36,933 nt of DNA from positions 1 through 36,933 of the IMG/VR virus record IMGVR_UViG_3300030376_002653. One strand, 5' to 3'. The stretch's first letter is position 1. Every line of letters starts with the position of its first letter. This document shows, piece by piece, positions 34,537 to 36,933 of this stretch. Both the position numbers and the translations under genes were made by a program. The notes beneath the pieces are model-generated. The model worked only from the letters and a program-made list of their open reading frames with translations. It searched no databases and was not told the DNA's origin. The DNA comes from a virus. Its lineage: Duplodnaviria > Caudoviricetes.

Positions 34537-35955
34537 ATGAAAAATGACAAGATAAGTGAAATACTAAACACACTTAAAACAAGGCGTGTTGAAAATAAAC
34601 TCAATTACTATAAGCCCTATAAATTTCAAATGAATTTTCATGAGACAGGGAGTCAGGCTAATCAAAGACTACTAATGGCTGCTAATAGGGTTGGCAAGTC
34701 CTATGTGGGGGCGATGGAGATGGCTGTCCACTTAACAGGTAACTATCCTAAGTGGTGGAAAGGAAAACGCTATAATCAGCCTATTAGGGCGTGGGTGTGT
34801 GGTGCGAGTAATGAAACCACAAGAGATATCTGTCAAAAAGAATTATTTGGGCAACCAGACAACCCTAGAGATAAGGGAAAGGGAAGTATTCCTAAACATC
34901 TCATTGGTGAAACGACAAGAAAACCTGGAGTGCCAAACGCACATTCCTCCGTTCTTGTAAAACACAAAACTGGTGGGTGGTCTCGTGTTGCCTTTAAAGC
35001 CTATGAAATGGGTGCTGAAAAATTTATGGGGGAGTCGATTGACCTAGTATGGCTCGATGAAGAACCTCCACAAGACATTTATTCACAATGTATTACAAGG
35101 ACATTGGACAGACAAGGACAAGTATATCTAACCTTTACGCCTGAATCAGGCATGACAGAGGTAGTACAGAATTTTACAACGAGTTTGAAGCCTAAACAGG
35201 CATTGATTACAGCAGGTTGGGAAGATGCAGAACATCTAACTGACGATATGAAAGAACAGATTTTACAGGCATTACCTCCTCATGAGCGAGAAATGAGGTC
35301 AAAAGGTATTCCGATGATAGGGTCAGGGCTAGTATTTCCTATAGACGAGGACAAGATAGCATGTGAGCCTTTTCAAGTTCCTGAACATTTTGCTAGGATT
35401 GCAGGGCTTGATTTTGGTTATGACCACCCTACAGCCGTTGTATGGATTGCATGGGACAGAGATGAGGACGTTGTATACGTTTATGATTGTTATAGTCAGT
35501 CCAAACAAACAGCAGATTATCACGCATCACACATTAATGAGCGTGAAGGAAGTCATTACATACCTATAGCTTTTCCTCATGATGGTTTCCAACACGACAA
35601 AGGGTCAGGGATTACCCTTGCAGAACAGTACAGAAACGCTCACGTTAACATGTTGCCGTTTCATTTTGAAAATCCACCTGCTTTAGGCGAAAAAAAAGGT
35701 GGTAACAGCGTAGAAGCAGGACTAATGGAAATGTTGACACGTATGGAACAAGGAAAATTTAAAGTTTTTAATACTTTGTATGACTGGTTTCAAGAATATA
35801 GGCTTTATCATAGAAAAGATGGTAAATTAGTTAAAATTAAAGATGATTTAATGTCAGCAACAAGATATGCAGCGTTAAGTTTACGTTATGCAGACACAGA
35901 AACGTCAAAATGGAACAAAAAGGGTCGATTAGGTCCTGATGTAGCAATAGTTTAG
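34537..35955 (+). CDS. terL: Terminase large subunit (P22 gp2-like)
   Basis: Walker A AANRVGKS; Walker B VWLDEEPP; motif III TFTPE; nuclease GLDFGYDHPTA...DDLMSATRYA. Confidence 0.95.
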   Translation: MKNDKISEILNTLKTRRVENKLNYYKPYKFQMNFHETGSQANQRLLMAANRVGKSYVGAMEMAVHLTGNYPKWWKGKRYNQPIRAWVCGASNETTRDICQKELFGQPDNPRDKGKGSIPKHLIGETTRKPGVPNAHSSVLVKHKTGGWSRVAFKAYEMGAEKFMGESIDLVWLDEEPPQDIYSQCITRTLDRQGQVYLTFTPESGMTEVVQNFTTSLKPKQALITAGWEDAEHLTDDMKEQILQALPPHEREMRSKGIPMIGSGLVFPIDEDKIACEPFQVPEHFARIAGLDFGYDHPTAVVWIAWDRDEDVVYVYDCYSQSKQTADYHASHINEREGSHYIPIAFPHDGFQHDKGSGITLAEQYRNAHVNMLPFHFENPPALGEKKGGNSVEAGLMEMLTRMEQGKFKVFNTLYDWFQEYRLYHRKDGKLVKIKDDLMSATRYAALSLRYADTETSKWNKKGRLGPDVAIV

Positions 35956-35962
35956 GAGAAAA

Positions 35963-36933
35963 ATGGCAGATTACGGCAAAAAAATGACTAAAGAGGAGTT
36001 AGCAGCTCATTTAGAAATAGAAATACAGAATTCGACAGGTCATATGAATGGTGAACTCTCTAATCAAAGAGAAGACGCTATGAAATATTATTTGGGTGAG
36101 CCGTTTGGCAACGAAATAGATGGGCGTTCTGAAATTGTTACGACTGACGTTAGAGATACAGTCGAATACATTATGCCCAGTCTCATGCGTATATTTACGA
36201 CTCATAACAACATAGCTGAATTCGAGCCTCAAGGTCCTGAAGACATAGAAATGGCTAATCAGGCTACCCAATATGTCAATTATGTGTTTAACAAGCAAAA
36301 TAACGGCTTTAAGGTCCTTTATGACGCTTTTAAAGACGCATTGATATCTAAAACAGGCGTAATTAAGCATTATTGGGAAGAAAAAGAAGAAGTAAAGAAC
36401 GAAACCTACAAAAATTTGACTGATATCGAGTATCAGAGCATTTTAGCTAATGATGAGCTAGAAGTCATAGAACACACAGAAACAGTCCAATCTGAAGAGG
36501 TTTTAGACGAAAACGAGAATTTAATACAGCCTAAAGTCTCTACACATGACGTAAAAGTGCTTTGTGAAAAAAAATATGGGCAAGTTAAGATAGTTTCTGT
36601 TCCTCCTGAAGAGTTTTTGATATCAAGACGCTCAACAGACATAGAAACAGCACAATTTATATGCCATAGAGTTAAAAAAACAGCTTCTGACTTGATAGAA
36701 GAAGGCTACAGTAAGTCGATTATTGATTCTGTAAGAACTTATACGGCTTCTGAAGCAGAATACAATGAAGAAAGACTAGCAAGATTTAGCATGGACGATG
36801 ATTCTATGCCACCTGATGAAGGTTCAGGTGCAACAAGACAGATTTGGGTAGACGAATGTTATATTAGGCTTGATGAGAATGGCGATGGTATAGCAGAACT
36901 TAGAAAGATTACTAAAGTAGGAAATGTTATCTT
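35963..36933 (+). CDS. Portal protein, N-terminal part (continues across the junction into 1..1184; about 677 aa total)
   Basis: AGGAG RBS then ATG at 35963; MADYGKKM...REDAMKYYLGEPFGNEIDGRSEIVTTDVRDTVEYIMPSLMRIF is typical of podovirus portals; in frame with 141..1184 after circularisation; follows terL. Confidence 0.9.
   Translation, partial: MADYGKKMTKEELAAHLEIEIQNSTGHMNGELSNQREDAMKYYLGEPFGNEIDGRSEIVTTDVRDTVEYIMPSLMRIFTTHNNIAEFEPQGPEDIEMANQATQYVNYVFNKQNNGFKVLYDAFKDALISKTGVIKHYWEEKEEVKNETYKNLTDIEYQSILANDELEVIEHTETVQSEEVLDENENLIQPKVSTHDVKVLCEKKYGQVKIVSVPPEEFLISRRSTDIETAQFICHRVKKTASDLIEEGYSKSIIDSVRTYTASEAEYNEERLARFSMDDDSMPPDEGSGATRQIWVDECYIRLDENGDGIAELRKITKVGNVI
36813..36933. repeat. Terminal direct repeat, copy 2
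   Basis: 120/121 identical to 1-121. Confidence 0.97.

Noticed and set aside
18792-35650. CGTTAACA at 18792 and 35643
   Set aside because: One-mismatch cores inside CDSs without a clear TTT[A/C]AA arm at N8; not counted as motif copies.
36011-36642. Minus-strand ORFs 36011-36370 and 36433-36642
   Set aside because: Antisense to the portal N-terminus, which the track missed because it runs off the window end.
36813-36933. 121-bp repeat as a biological T7-like terminal repeat
   Set aside because: It lies mid-portal and the terminase is P22-like; it is better explained as an assembly overlap of a circularly permuted genome.
1-36933. Alternative genetic code
   Set aside because: Genes tile densely under the standard code, with TAA, TAG and TGA all used as coupled stops.

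Overview
The window is an apparently complete, circularly permuted dsDNA phage genome. Bases 1-121 repeat at 36813-36933, giving a unit length of 36,812 bp, and the portal gene spans the junction. It is AT-rich with podovirus-type organisation resembling marine HTVC010P-like phages; the host cannot be determined from the sequence. A long + strand late operon runs: terL, portal, tiny basic proteins, scaffold, DUF5309-type capsid, adaptor, tail fibres, nozzle, ejection proteins, holin-like and envelope genes, terS. An early region (about 24.7-34.5 kb) carries Q-like, Ref-like, G39P/P-like, SSAP, YqaJ-exonuclease, SSB-like, HTH and SprT-like genes. I recognise no DNA polymerase, helicase, primase, integrase, ParA/ParB or endolysin. 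The strongest unexplained signals are three. (1) Two near-consensus bacterial chromosomal parS sites lie inside the SprT-like gene, with no phage parB. (2) A bipartite motif TTT[A/C]AA-N8-TGTTAACA, sometimes two-sided, occurs 14 times, nearly all in the early region. (3) Two promoter-preceded, highly structured intergenic RNAs of about 235 and 285 nt share a short motif. All protein calls come from motif recognition by eye, not database searches.
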